Shown here: in pieces, positions 39,077 to 53,740 of the stretch
Position numbering within the stretch: position 1 is the first letter of the stretch
Layout: each line of letters starts with the position of its first letter
DNA from: Bugula neritina
Taxonomy: Eukaryota; Animalia; Bryozoa
Length of the DNA: 64,000 nucleotides
Direction: 5' to 3'
Assembly (NCBI GenBank): GCA_964035545.1
Contig: OZ037766.1
Span: forward strand, 28,751,673-28,815,672
The notes under the pieces: generated by a model
What the model was told of the DNA's origin: nothing
What the model saw: the letters and a program-made list of their open reading frames with translations, nothing else
Databases searched by the model: none
Made by a program: the position numbers and the translations under genes

Positions 39077-41221
39077 TTTGTGTCTAACCAGAAGACATTC
39101 ACATATTTAACTAATATTCAACTGCTAAATTTTTTAACTTCTAATAACCTTTATCTGCTCAATTAACTTGAATTATCCAATAAATGCAGAAAAAAAATGA
39201 CTATCATGATATTGCAGATAATTTTAGTATATGTATATCAGAAAGGCAACTCCCACCCCAATACTCTGTTACCCTAATGCACTAGAACTGATATAACATA
39301 TCTGTTACACTACCGACCCTCAGGAACAAAGGAGCTAACGACTATAATCATTAGCAGCTGCCTCAATGGATAGCCGATACCTGGGATGGAACCAAAGCTG
39401 AGGGATGGAGCTTATGAGATGAACTGATTAGCAGCGTGCTTGGACAGCGCATTTGAATAGTAGCAGTGGGTTAGTTAAGTTGTGCTTATACTATTATGCA
39501 GTTATGTAACACTTGTCTTTTGTATAGTTACTTTTACTTTATATCATTCGCATAAATTTAAATGATATTATTACTCCAAGTCCCAATATTGATTTAGCTT
39601 TAAATACCCGTAACTATAGTGATAGCACAAAATCACGACAGTATTGAGGAGATGAACATACCTATTTACTTTTTTTGTTTAAATTAATATTTTATAAACT
39701 TGTAAAATATTGAACGTTCAAAGACAATGCTCTAAATAAACCAACAATAAAAGTCTATTTCATTTATTTTTATTGATGGTGTAAAAAATAGTCTAATTAA
39801 GACTAAAAAGATTAATTATAGCTTCAACTTCAACAAGCATGTCATAACAGTCAATCTCTCATTACTGATACAAGAACTAAAATACTACAACATTGTGTTG
39901 ACAGCAGCATCTATGAGGCATAGATTATACACAGTCAGGAGACATGCTATTCATTTAAGTTGCTGCCTTAAGTCATACAAATAATTTTAAACTCTTTATT
40001 TTGCATATAGTATACTAGATTTGAATATGTAAACATGGCTGAAAAGTTTCATCCATATATATGATGTATGGGGAGCTGTAGAAAACAATTTGTCCTGATG
40101 GGGGATAAACCCTTACATTACTTACTTGTGGAGTTGTCCCCTATTCAGTGCACCATAGGCTCAATCTTATGTATAAGTTATAGCTAGACTGATTGCTCAG
40201 AGCGAAATGGGGGAGGGGGGTGCAGTATAAGTTTTAGGTTTATAGCTTGAGGTCTTAGATAGCTCACATATTGGATACATAAAAATAATTAAATGTCTTA
40301 AAAGTGAATTTTATATAATTATGAAAATACAACAAAAACTTAATCTTATTCAAGAATATAAGGCTTTAAGTTTAATGACTTTATTTTACTAATATGTATG
40401 GAGCTTTGTTGCAGTAATATGAATGTTTTTACCAAACATTAAATTATATTTAATTTCGCCTGATGCATTTCAACATTGTATAATTATATAGCAACAGTTA
40501 TCTTTAACTTGATGATCAGAGAATTCAGAAATTTAAATATTTTCAACATCAAATTTAATAGTTGAAAGCTCATTGACTGTAACAATGAGCACAACAATGG
40601 TTGATAGTGAATATAGATAATGAAATATTGCTTTGTTGGTTAAAACTAGCTTATTATCAATTTTTTATTGAAGCATGTAAGTAAATTACACTATTTCGTA
40701 TTATGTCTACCATAATTCATAACTATTTCAGCCTTTTAACACCAGATTTTTTAATTCAGGCTGTTCATTCACTGCTATCATTTATTGTGCAAGTAGCAAG
40801 TATAATTGTTTCTCAAGAATTTTATTCTTATATGATAGCATTAGTTACTATCATTTATTCAACTAATAATCTGTAGGACAAGTTTATTACTGTTGTAAAA
40901 AATATTAATATAAATTGTGATTTGTATTTTTTGCTGGTTAATTTAGTTCAGTTTAATTCAATATATTCATAAAAGTTGTCATGTAAAATGTTGCAAATGA
41001 AACAATCATTGCTAAAAATATAATAGTATAATATTGTAATATAGGTAAAATGTTTAATATTTCTTACTGCTAAAGTAAATACATGATTTTGTGTCTCTAT
41101 ACAGCTTGCGAGTTCTAATCTGCAAACGAGTGGTTACTAAAAACAGCACTTCTTACCGCCTGACAGCAAAGTTCACCGATTACTTCAAACTCTAACTCAT
41201 TGAGGAAGATTTGAAGACATC

Positions 41222-44200
41222 ATGTTTGAGCCAAGGAAACACGTGACCTACTTAACTTGGGCTTACCCAGACTGCTACAAGTATCTGGTGAGTTGAATAT
41301 GTATTTTGCTTGGAGGTCATTGTGTTTATAATATTTGTAAACTTAGCTGGTCTGCTGGTTGTGTATACTGTAAACGATTAGCACAATAAACGATGCTCAT
41401 GCCGCATTCCTGCATGAAAGTATATTAAGATAGACAGCAATTTTACTTGACAGAAAACTGTTACAGGTATTATAACATTTCTGTTTGTCAGGTAAAAGAT
41501 AAACCTGTTATAGCTAAACTAATTGTAGTAATACTATTGCAACTCTATAATTTCTTAGAGTGAACCCCAAACCCAAAATGCTAACCCCAAACTTCTGCCC
41601 CAACCCCCCAACCCTCAACTTCTGCCCCTAACCCCCAACCCTCAAAATCCGCCCCTAATCTCTGCCCCTAACTCCCAACTACCGCCCCTAACTTCCAACC
41701 ACGGCCTCTAACTTCCGAGTTCTGCCTCTAAACCCAAACCCCAAATCCCAACCCCAAAAACCCCAAAGCCCTAATTCTCAATCTCAGCCCATAACCGCCA
41801 ACCACTGCTTCCAACCTCCGCCCCTAACTCTTACCTTCTGCCCCTAACCACAACCATCTCCGATGATCCCCAACCTCCGCCCCTAACCCCTATTTCCAAA
41901 ATCGACTCCTAACCTCCGCCCCTAACCCTCAACCTCCGCTTCTAACCTCAAACTTTTGCCCGTAACCCGCAACCTGATATTTCTTGCTAAGATGTTAGTT
42001 TATTTGAAATTTCTACCCTTCCAACTTTTGCCCCCAATCTCCGCCTCTAACCCCCAAACTCTGCCCCTAACCCCCAAACTCTACCCCTAACCCTCAAACC
42101 TTCACCCCTAACCTCTACCCTCAACCTTCACCCCCAACCCTTAACCTCCGCCCCTAACCTCTGCCTCTAACCTCCAACTCCCGCCCCTAACCCCAACCTC
42201 TGCCTCTAACTCTCCAACTTTCACCCCTAATCCCCAACCTCAACCCATAAAACCAACCTTTGTCCCAAACTCCCACTCCCTGCCTCTACCAACCAACATC
42301 CGTCCCTAACCCCCAGCCTCCGCTCCTAACTCCCAATCCCCAACCTCCACACCCAACTCTCAGCCTCCGCTCTTAACCTATAAGCCCCAACCTCTGCCCC
42401 AAACCCCAAACTTCCGCCCTCAACTCTCAACCTCCACACCCAGCACTAAAATTAACATTTATTGCTAAGGTGTCAATTTATTTGAAACTTCTATCATGCA
42501 AAGACTGCGTACCTACTTTGCTATGCAATATGTGTGCTAGATCAACAGGTTTTATTAGTTTTTAGTGAATTCGTTTGTCTTATGTAGGATGAAAACAGAA
42601 TATTTAAAGTAGAGAAAGCTTTCCGCCATGTTCTATTTATGGCTGTAAGTATATATTATATATTTAAAAGAAAAGTGGGATCTCTACATAAATTACGTTG
42701 GGATATCATACATGTAATAACTGTATTGTTTGCCCACATATAATAATTAAAGTACAAAGTTTCCAAACACCAATTTGAATAATAAATGTATATCATGTAT
42801 TTTATTTATATAATATTATATAAATGTTACTGATAATTTTTAGATCTACTATAGTACTGTTGCGTAAAGTTGCCTTGTATTAGTGCCGGTGTAAATTATA
42901 TCTAATGATATAGCAATGCATGCAGCAGTAGTATATCACATACTGTCAATATTATTACAGTCTAGAAATGCTAGCGAGGGTGAAAAATTTGTTCTGGGTC
43001 TGCATAGGAAGGCATTTGACAACGCACTGCGACCACCTCATGCTGAAGACTCTGGTGGTATGTATTGTAACCATAGTGATGACATACATGTTTAAAACAA
43101 ACTTAATTCGCCAAATGCTAGCAAAACATTTATTCAAGTAAATTTGCTATAATTTTGCTTTATTTGTGTCTAAATCTAAATGCACTGCAGAAGTAGCATG
43201 CAGCAGCTAAAAGATATTCCTAGATATGCACAATGCATTGTTAGCAAGCAACTACTGTTTATTTCATGCAGTTCTTTGAAAATATCACTACAATGAGTAT
43301 AGGCTTGTTAAGTTGAGAATTTAGAAGTTCTTTTATACCTTCATAACCTTTAGCCAAAAAGCTCAAAAACCACCAATCAAATTTTTTGTCTTGTCGTTTC
43401 AGAATAAAACTCAAAAATATTGACAAGCCTTTGTGGATATTGGTATTGAATTATTACTTGCCTACTGAGAGACATGGTTTCAATATGCTATATTATTTTG
43501 TTATAGATTCAGAGTCCTTCTTTTATTACACCAGTTCCAGCGAAGGCCCTTCGTATGACGATAACACGCTCGACGACATTTCAGACATACCGGCAGACGA
43601 AGACCAGGATGCGTGGAGAGCAAACCTGCTAAGAATCATGGACGACTCAGGTGCATATACTGGAGAAAACTCTGAGTTGTTATCTCAAATCTGGAGAATG
43701 CACAGAAGAGCACTTGGCGATGCGTTCAGACCAGAAGATTCTGAAGAATCTGGTATGAGTCATAAATAGTAAATACTATTGTAGAACCAAATACAAAAAA
43801 CCATCCTTCATTAATCTTTAGGAGTTTATAATATTTATTTTATTTGAAACAAATTTTTTTTTAAAAGTAAATGGTCAACCAACTTCAAGTGCAAAACTAC
43901 AAAGCGATAGTCTTTTCATATGACTGCGACCTTAGAACCCCAGAAGCACTATGGTTATTAAAGTTATTCTGCAATCATTTGTAGAGTATTAAATTATTAT
44001 TCTATACAGTAAGCTTATTTGTCTGTGTGTCTACAGAAGATTTCTACTGTAGTTTTGGTGATTATATTAGTTATTGGGAAGCAATGTTGGTATAGTGAAC
44101 TATTTTGCAGGATCTCTCACCCCGGAATACTCCTCAAGATTCACCCAAGGTTCTGAGACTCAAGGCACAACGGACAGCGTACCAAGCACATCATCAGAAG

Positions 44201-44904
44201 AGGCTCAAAGTTCGTGGAAAAAAGATCTGCTGAGAATTATAGGCGATTCAAGTGAAAGTACTGATGAGATTTGCAATACTGCATTTCTATGGGATGTCAA
44301 AAAAATGCTAGAAGAACCAGGAAGTCAAAGGCCAAATAATCGAGCAGCAAAGACTCTAGTTGAAAACCAACGGTGTGCTCCTCAGCAGCAACAAAAGACC
44401 AAACGCAAATGTTCTCCGGTTAAAGTTGAACCGACTGTGCCTAGCGGCAACACCAAGCCTAAAGGCAAATTATCCAAGTTTGTCAACAAAGTTTTTCACA
44501 GAAATCGAGTTGTCCCTGTGGAGTGTGTTACCAATGCTAAGAAGACCGGGCCTAAAACAAAGGCACCACTAAAAACTGGTAAACCACCAATGAAACGTCA
44601 AGCAACTACTGAGAAGAAAGTCATCAAGAATGGAAAGAATCCGATCACAGCTAGAAAAGTCTCAACAGTTCCTAATACTAACAAGAAAGCTGCCTCTACT
44701 CCTGCTAAACAAAAACCGGCCCAGAGTGCCAACCAAAAGCTACGAGATGTGTTCAGAAACTTGAAAAAAAGTCTAACTACCAAGAAAGGACCAGCGATAC
44801 CGGCCAACACCGCCACAGGACAGAAGAACAAGAATGCCACCAAAGCTAAATGCTGCAAATGTGCACAAAAGAAAATTGTTTCTCGACCTCCTTTCAGGTT
44901 GTAA
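41222..44904 (+). CDS. Orphan ~400-aa protein, acidic N-half and Lys/Thr/Pro-rich basic C-half, four coding exons
   Basis: Exons 41222-41287 (GTGAGT donor, phase 0), 42961-43057 (phase 0 to 1), 43507-43752 (1 to 1), 44111-44904. Sum 1203 nt, open throughout, all GT-AG. The exons are GC-richer than their flanks and share internal peptide repeats. Confidence 0.65.
41560..42445. repeat. Degenerate C-rich minisatellite containing CCCTAA (~20-nt unit CCTCCGCCCCTAACCCCCAA)
   Basis: Seen directly. Two blocks, each ending in a related TTGCTAAG.TGT...TTTATTTGAAA.TTCTA motif (~41984, ~42462). Confidence 0.8.
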
Positions 44905-46369
44905 CTTTCTATTTACTTACATCTATTATCCTACCCATGAGGTAACCAGGAATAGTGGTGGGAGCGCAACTTCTTTAAGTTCTATGTTATTACATTATTT
45001 CTCTATGCACTTCAGCTTTAAATTCAAACAACCTTTTGATTCTTCATCTTTCTTGTTTCCATTCTCACCTCGTTATTCATTTATCTAACCATCTGTCTAT
45101 GACTCTTCCACTCCCTTCTTTCTATCCTCTCTCTTCCTTTAACCAACCCACATAACTATGTCCCCGTAACCTAATAGTTATTTTGATCATAGACATCAAA
45201 TGAGTTGAATATGAAAAAAATATTTCTTTCTGAAATTTTAATCAAACATTACCTCATCAGCTCACCTATTCACCCATATTATTTTTACATTTCCTAACAT
45301 GTTTCACAATTCAGTAGTAAACTAGATGAAATAGTATTTAAATATCTACTTCAAACTATTGTCCATGTATAAGTTTCACACCAACTACTTACACTAAATA
45401 TCTAATTATCAAAAATCCAACTCTTCATTTACCAGCTTAAAATTTAAATTTCAAAAACTGTTTTTGTTGGACTTCATATAGAACTATTTGAAACTACTAA
45501 TCATCTAAACTCACATCAAAGAGATTATTATATATAATATAATAATTTGCTCAATAACTAGCTTATTTAAATGTGTAAAAGATCGTGCATAAAGTATCCA
45601 GTTATATGTTGATTTCATTCCCTTAAATAAACTGACACAATATATGTTTTGTTTGAGTGGCACTAGAATTTATCTACTTAGGTTATTAATCACCATTTAA
45701 TTTTCCTTAAAAAAATTTCCTTAGCTTCAATTACTTTCCCATTTATTTAACCCTGTATAATATTTCAAAAATATTTATGGCCTGCTGATTCTTTTATTTC
45801 TCTAACTGATAGTTTAAAATTTTTAAGCATAAAAACTGCAAAATGAACCCACCCTGTAACAGCCACACTCTGCATATTATAGTAATATGGATGCAAGTTT
45901 GCATATATGTAATAATAAATTGCACGCTTTAAATTTAATACTATATTATCTTTGCATGTTTTAATTACTTAATATAAAGTAATCTAATTGCATGACATCT
46001 TAATATCTTCAAGGGGAATATCTTTAATGTGGCTAGTACTATTCAAGTATCTCTAAAAATAACTAAGCTGGCAGCTTATACTCTAACTTTGACTTCTTTA
46101 GATATTGTCAATAATGAGGTAAAACTCATGTTGATCTATACTATTTACTGTTATCTGTTTCCTTCCCTTATCTTTTGGTTTGCACTCTGAGCTAGTTATT
46201 TCTAAACTGTAATCTATATGTTGTGCATGTTTTACCACTTCCATGTAAACACTGCAGTCATTGTGTTCAGATGATGCAAGACCTTTATTTCACCAGAATT
46301 TTAAGTCTACTAAAAATAACTCACACTGGCTTATAGTCATTATCCCTGGTAAAAAAGTTTGTTAAATCT

Positions 46370-46500
46370 GGCTGATGACTTATTCAGGAGCAATTATGAT
46401 TGGATGCTTTTGCTAGCGTCACCACGGGTTATTAGTGGGGTTCAAACCCATGACTTGGTATTTGCTATCCAACGCGTTAACTACTAAACCATGGCTGCTC
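46370..46500 (-). mobile_element. Degenerate tRNA-derived SINE
   Basis: Minus strand A-box-like TGGTTTAGTAGTT and B box GGGTTTGAACCC, then a body ...GCATCC...AATTGCTCCTG also seen at 50738-50885. Confidence 0.5.
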
Positions 46501-47619
46501 GTAGTTTACTAAAACCTGTACTATAAGCTTAAAAATACTTTTTGGCAATAAACGGGAAGCCAGAAAAATAATTATCATGTATAATTATGAGACGAAACCA
46601 GGACTAGGTGTGTTTAAGCAAAAATTTACTCTAATCCATTTATTTTAGACCACTCGTTGTATTCAAACTATAATCTCTAAAGTTTTTAAATCTAGAAACA
46701 TTGATTGCATGGTTAAAAATTTATCATAACTTATGTTATCTGTATGCATGGCAAAAGTTCTACTGCATTTAAGGTGCATTACTCATGCATGTTTTATCTA
46801 TAGGCTTTCATGTGATCATAAAATTTTAGCCAGGTTGTTATTTGAATTATTGCAACCCTAACCCACCTGCATGTGTTACAAACGAAACCATTATCTATAG
46901 CTGGTACTCACTTTACTATAAGGAGTTGTGTCCTCCATACTATTGCATCTTAAGATCTATAAATACTAAGGTAGGCCCCATAACAATGTTAAGAGTTTAG
47001 CTGTTACATAAAAGTCAGACTATAATGCTTAGAATTGTTTTTATAGGAATTTACTTTCTGGTACTAGAACACATGATACTGTTTTATTAGATGTTGCAAA
47101 AGCACTTTAATTAAGGAATCCCTGACACACTTCACTTATGCAGTACTAAAATATTCTTATATCTGTTAGTTTTCATTTACATACTGTTTTAAAATTGTTT
47201 GGTTTGTGCATAATTTAGAATAAGCGGTAGCCTACTTGTTTAAATGTAGTAGCGTATAGTACTAATATAATATGGAATGTAAGAATGTTCGTAGAATGTG
47301 GAAACAACTCCTTGTTATAAACTGCGTATCAGAGACATAAAAAGGGTTCAAGGTTGGCTGTTTGAATGTGCCATCTTAGTAGAGAGGGGGGGGGGGGGTG
47401 AAAAGGTGCTAGGATGAAAAGCTAAGCTGGTGGAGCCTTTGTTGCTAACGAAGCCAACATTCTGCTGATTTCAAATATGCAAGTAACTTTTATTTCTGGG
47501 GAAGGGGAGATGCCGGTTCTTGCTCTAAAGTGATAGATGTGCAGGGGTTAGCAATAGTTAAGAGGAATTTTAAATATATTATTAAATAATTATTTGAGTA
47601 ACATTGGTCTGATAATCAT

Positions 47620-48007
<388 letters not shown>

Positions 48008-48480
48008 CCCTTATACATGTATACTATACTTTCACTCAGTTTCAGTTGTGCACACCATACATTCTCCAACCTAATCGTCAGGAGCAGCCTTGTAAAGTAT
48101 TAGTTTGCAGTTGTCCCATAAAATTCAAACTAAGCTAAAATATTTAAGCAGTAGCACACATATTAGCAATTCGATAAACTTTGTAAAATAATTGTTTATG
48201 AAAATTCTCAAAAGTAGAGCTGGAAGCATTTTCATGGTAATTTGTTAAAATTGAGCAACGTTGAGTGGCAGTGGAGTATAAATCTTATCAATGATTTGGT
48301 GTGCTGGCTGTCACTTTGTTTGGTTAAAAGGATTGTCAAATTATACTCTATAGTCCAGAGTTACGATCTCATGTGAGTGTGGGTAATTGTGTCGTGACTC
48401 TTCCTAATTGATACGAGTTTATAGCTGAAGCTGGTTAGGTATTTTTGTAATGTTTTATCTGTGTTAGCATGTTTCATCCA

Positions 48481-48512
<32 letters not shown>

Positions 48513-48961
48513 ACGCAAACGCACATACTAACACACGCACACTAACACACGCACACTAACACACGCACGATCATGTACACACACACTCACACTTACACAC
48601 ACATTCACGTACACACTTATGCACACATGCACACACACACACACACACTTTAACACACACACGCACTTTAACACACACACACGCACACACACACTCACGT
48701 ACGCACGCACGCATACACACACGCACTCACACACGCACTCACACACACACACTTTAACACACACACACACGCACGCACTCACACACGCACGCACTCACGC
48801 ACGCACTCACACACACACACTCACGCACATACTTATGCACACATGCACACACACACACGTACACGCAAATGTACATACTAACACATGCACACTAACACAC
48901 GCACACATGTACACACGCACTCACACTTACACACACTCACGCAAACACTTATGCACACATG

Positions 48962-48992
<31 letters not shown>

Positions 48993-50123
48993 TAACACAC
49001 ACACGCACACACGCACTCACACACGCACGCACGCACACGCACTCACACACACACTCACACACACACTCACACACACACACTTTAACACACACACTTGCAC
49101 ACACACACGCACACAGGCACACACGCACGCACACACACACACGCACTCACACACGCACACACACACACACACTTTAACACACACACACGCACGCACGCAC
49201 TCACACATGCATACACACTCACAAACACATACACACTCACACACACTCACACACACACACTCACACTTACACACACACTCACGTACACACTTATGCACAC
49301 ATGCACACACACACACACACACTTTAACACACACACTTTAACACACACACACGCACACACACACACTCACATACGCACGCACGCACACGCACATGCACTC
49401 ACACACACACACACGCACACACACACACTCACATACGCACGCACGCACACACACACGCACTCACACACACACTTATGCACACATGCACACACACACACAC
49501 ACTTTAACACACACACACGCACACATACACACTCACGTACGCACGCACGCACACACACACGCACTCACACACACACTTATGCACACATGCACACACACAC
49601 ACTTTAACACACACACACACGCACACACACACACTCACGTACGCACGCACGCACACACACACGCACTCACACACACACTTATGCACACATGCACACACAC
49701 ACACTTTAACACACACACACACGCACACACACACACTCACGTACGCACGCACGCACACACACACGCACTCACACACACTTATGCACACATGCACACACAC
49801 ACACACACACTTTAACACATATACACGCACACATGCACTCACGCACGCACGCACGCACTCACGCACGCACCCACACACGCACACACACACGCACTCACAC
49901 ACACACTCACATACACACACACGCTTTAACACACACGCACGCACACACTCACACACACACTCACACACACACACACTCACGCACACACTTATGCACACAT
50001 GCACTCACACACACACACTTTAACACACACACACACACACACGCACTCACACACGCACACACACACACACTTTAACACACACACGCACGTACGCACTCAC
50101 ACACGCATACACACTCACACACA

Positions 50124-50178
<55 letters not shown>

Positions 50179-50210
50179 ACTCACACACTCACACACTCAC
50201 ACACACACAA
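48481..50210. repeat. Complex (CA)n-derived satellite, 1.7 kb
   Basis: CA runs punctuated by recurring ACTTTAAC, ACTTATGCACACATGC and ACTCACGTACGC motifs. Confidence 0.95.
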
Positions 50211-50737
50211 CTAAAACATGCTAATGGAAATAAAATATTAGATATGAATGCCTCTCAAGCTTTGAACTATCAGTTTTTTTAACTGGGAAAACAGTGCTGA
50301 ACTACAGTAACTTACACACCTACATGGGCTGATACCTCTTGTCTGTAGAGTTCAACTTGACAATCTTGTCATACAGAATAGTTACAGTCTGCACATCAAA
50401 ATACTGGTGAAATTTATATCATAACTGCTGCTGCAACATTGCTCAATATAAGCAAATTATCATAAAATGCCACAGGATCTAACTTTTAAAAATTTTACAA
50501 AAAACAATTTTTTACAGAATTGATTGAAATACTGATATGTGTGCTACTGTTTAAATGTTTATAATTTTCGGGGCAAATTTGTTAGCATATTTTCTGCTTT
50601 ATGTGATGAACAACTTTGATTTGTTGACTAGTCTGCTCCTGATAATTAGTTTGTAGGATGTGAAAGCAACTCCATGTTATAAATTCAGTATCCGGGACAT
50701 GAAAAATATGTACTGCTACCTTTTAAATGCTACTAGG

Positions 50738-50885
50738 GTGTAGTCACTGTTTAGTGGTTAGAAAATATGTGTAACATGACATGTGCTGGCTATATATATA
50801 TAAAGGGTTCAAGCCTCCTCCCCGACAAGACCATTGATAATGCCAAGAATTGAGTATCTGGTTATATATGCTCCTGTGTTCTGCT
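50738..50885 (+). mobile_element. Degenerate tRNA-derived SINE (same family as 46370-46500)
   Basis: A-box-like TGTTTAGTGGTTAG, B-box-like GGGTTCAAGCC, body ending ATGCTCCTGTG. Confidence 0.4.
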
Positions 50886-51334
50886 ATAGATTCTTTCAAA
50901 CCAGGCTATATTAGCAGGGAGAAACCCATTAAGTTAATTTCTCACCTGAAAACTTAACTTTTTAAAAAGTATTCTCACAATAGCCTTCATTTTAAGCAAA
51001 CTGTGGGTTAACAGTTCAGCTTTGATTTGATAAATTTCAGTTTTAAAAATATCTTTTTAAGATATATTCAGCCTTTTACATGCAGCTAGAGTTGTTGATT
51101 GTATCTTGTAAATTGTTATTTACCTTGTTATCTGCAGATTATTTTCCTAAAGAACAACTTTTAAATTATAATTCTATATAATTTATTCAAACAATTAAAG
51201 TTCACTGAAATCAAACATTAATACACTAAGCTAAATATAGATCACATTTAAGAGCATTTAGTTATGTGTAGAACTTTATAGCTTGGTAGATATATATACT
51301 ACATTTAGTTTAATTGCAATAAATTATATCTGCA

Positions 51335-51610
51335 CTGTAAGAATTGGTGTTGAGTTGGCAAGAATGATCATCAGTTTAAAGTAACCTGAAAATTATTGCA
51401 AAAATAATTGATATTAGTTTGTTATGCAAGAATTGGTATTGGTAATGCATCAATAAAAATTTATTTTTGAAAAAGTGGTAATAGCATTGAAAAATTGGTA
51501 TTTATAGTATTGCAAGAGTTGGTACTTGTAATGCAATAACAAATTGCAAGATTTGATATTACTATAGTGCAAGAACAAGTATTTATCTTAAAAAATTGGT
51601 ATTTAATAAA
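51335..51610. repeat. Degenerate tandem repeat (TGCAAGAATTGGTATT core)
   Basis: About ten imperfect recurrences seen. Confidence 0.6.
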
Positions 51611-51896
51611 ACACACTTGTAGAATTATATCAATCATGTTAGTAGAAACTAGAACAAGTATAATAAGTTATCATATATATTGCTTGCCGCGTAACTCTTT
51701 GGCATTTATATTGTTCTGTTAAAATGTTGTTCCTTCAAGTCGGTAAGACTGCTAAGCGAGTAAACCAAATGCACGGTGCATGGTTTTTCATTTCATCGGT
51801 CTTCCAGACCCACCTTCAGAGTGGTTTCTTCTGGAGTTTTATCTTGGCATATTTTCTGCATGACATCATATCTTTGCCAAACTATGCATGTCACTG

Positions 51897-53019
51897 TGTA
51901 AAGTTATCACATATACTCTAGAGCGTAATTATTTCAAGTTGTAAAAGCAGCGTAACGGAATGAATATCCAACAGTTTATTAAGCATTCAACATTGCGCTT
52001 AGCGCAACGTTCTACTCAAATAGATGATCACGTCACGTGATTCTTGCCTATATAGTATATACGCAACGCAACGACTACAATAGTTGTCAATTCATTAATT
52101 AGATAACAGCACGCCCTCGCCCATTGGCTGTAGCTTTACGTCTTGGCAGCCCGGATGTTTCAGTGCAGACGTTGACCCTACAGTTAGTAGAATAGTAGCG
52201 CGCTAGCAATGCAAGTTCCATCGCATAAATAACAATACATTTTAATGATATAATTAGCAAAATATAAATGAATTTGAATTGGAATTAACTTCAAGAGGCA
52301 CAGGTTAGTTTTGTTTTTTCAGTATTTGTATGACTTGAAGCTTTCCTTAAGTATTGTTTATCTATTTCAACTTAATAATAAATATTTGGTTTAATTAACA
52401 TGTTAAGGAGTTTAACAAGTTTGAAATACCAGTGTGGTCGGTGCATGATAAAATTCATGGCTATGTGTTTACTTTATAAAAGATTTCTCATAAAATTACA
52501 ATTTCTTAAGACAGGCTCTCCAGTTATTGATCAGATTGTCACAGGATAGAATTCTAATTTGTAGCTTAAAGTTTTACTTTTACTCATAACAGTAATTCAC
52601 TGCAACTACTAATTCAAGTCAACTTTGAATACAAGTTCAATCTTTGTTTATGTGATACATGCGCTAATACTTGTCTTAACTGATAATTAATTAACTTTGT
52701 CTATGGCAGTTATCATTTGTTGTCATTTTTATTATAAACTTTAATATTTTTAGTAGACCTACAATGTCATTTCCTAGAGTCAAACTCACCCTAGCTAGCC
52801 ACTAAAAGAAGGCAAGAGGTGATTAATCTAAAATCCGCATATATGTTTGAATACTTTACAATGTCATAAATAATTTTTGTTTGTTTTGTTTTAATAACCT
52901 ATTATAATTGTATATATTAACCTACTTTTATAGTTTCTTACAGCAGTTGGAATACGTAAAAATAAAGTTACGAAAACCAACACCAGTACAACTCATCTAT
53001 AGTTAGTGGCGACGCTACA
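51897..53019 (+). mobile_element. Solo LTR of the BEL/Pao family at 56059-60358, opposite orientation
   Basis: Reverse complement of the 1114-bp LTRs with a few % divergence; TGT..ACA; own 5-bp TSD CACTG/CACTG. Confidence 0.92.
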
Positions 53020-53639
53020 CACTGCAAGCGTTTCTTATAGAAACTTATTTATAGTTACTATGGTAACTTTGGACTTAAACTATGCATGTGGGTTTTAATG
53101 TATACACGGGCAATATGTGGCTGTTGCAGGGGTATATCATAGTTCAATCTGATTTTTCAATTTCAAAATCCCATTTCATAAGTACTAATTTATTTATTTT
53201 ATTTGCTTTAATTTTTAGCTATAATAAAATTGCTTAGTGTCACATTAATTTCCACATGGTAGTTACCCATAGTAGTAGGAAGCCAACAAAAAGTTATTTA
53301 TTCTTTACTTTTACAGTTTTTGGCAATTTTAGCAGCTTGACCAATTTTTTTTTAATAATAAACTGAACTACTCATAGTAAATACTATAATGGTAAAGTTA
53401 TTATATTACATACCATACCTAAAGAATGCTTTTCATCGCAGCAAGTGCAGATAAATCTTATTTATTTTTGTTTTAAAACATATTATAATTAGAGTAATAA
53501 ACACTCACTATTTTTCTCCCCTCTCTTTTACTTTCTCTCTCTTAAAATTTCTATAAATTCCCTTTCCCTCCCCCTCTATCCCGCCTCTTTCTCATCTTTC
53601 TCCCTGTCTTTCTCCCTGTCTCTCTCCCCCTTTCTTTCT

Positions 53640-53740
<101 letters not shown>

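Noticed and set aside
39200-39660. ~450-bp insertion in the 3' flank of copy 5, possibly another solo LTR ending ..CACGACA
   Set aside because: Absent from paralogs, but I could not find a matching TG start with a convincing TSD, so it is left unclassified.
40116-40165. Minus-strand ...AAGTAAGTAA tail resembling an RTE-type LINE/SINE 3' end
   Set aside because: Too short, and no coding remnant to support it.
48528-50214. His/Thr- and Cys/Val-rich ORFs
   Set aside because: (CA)n/(TG)n translations.
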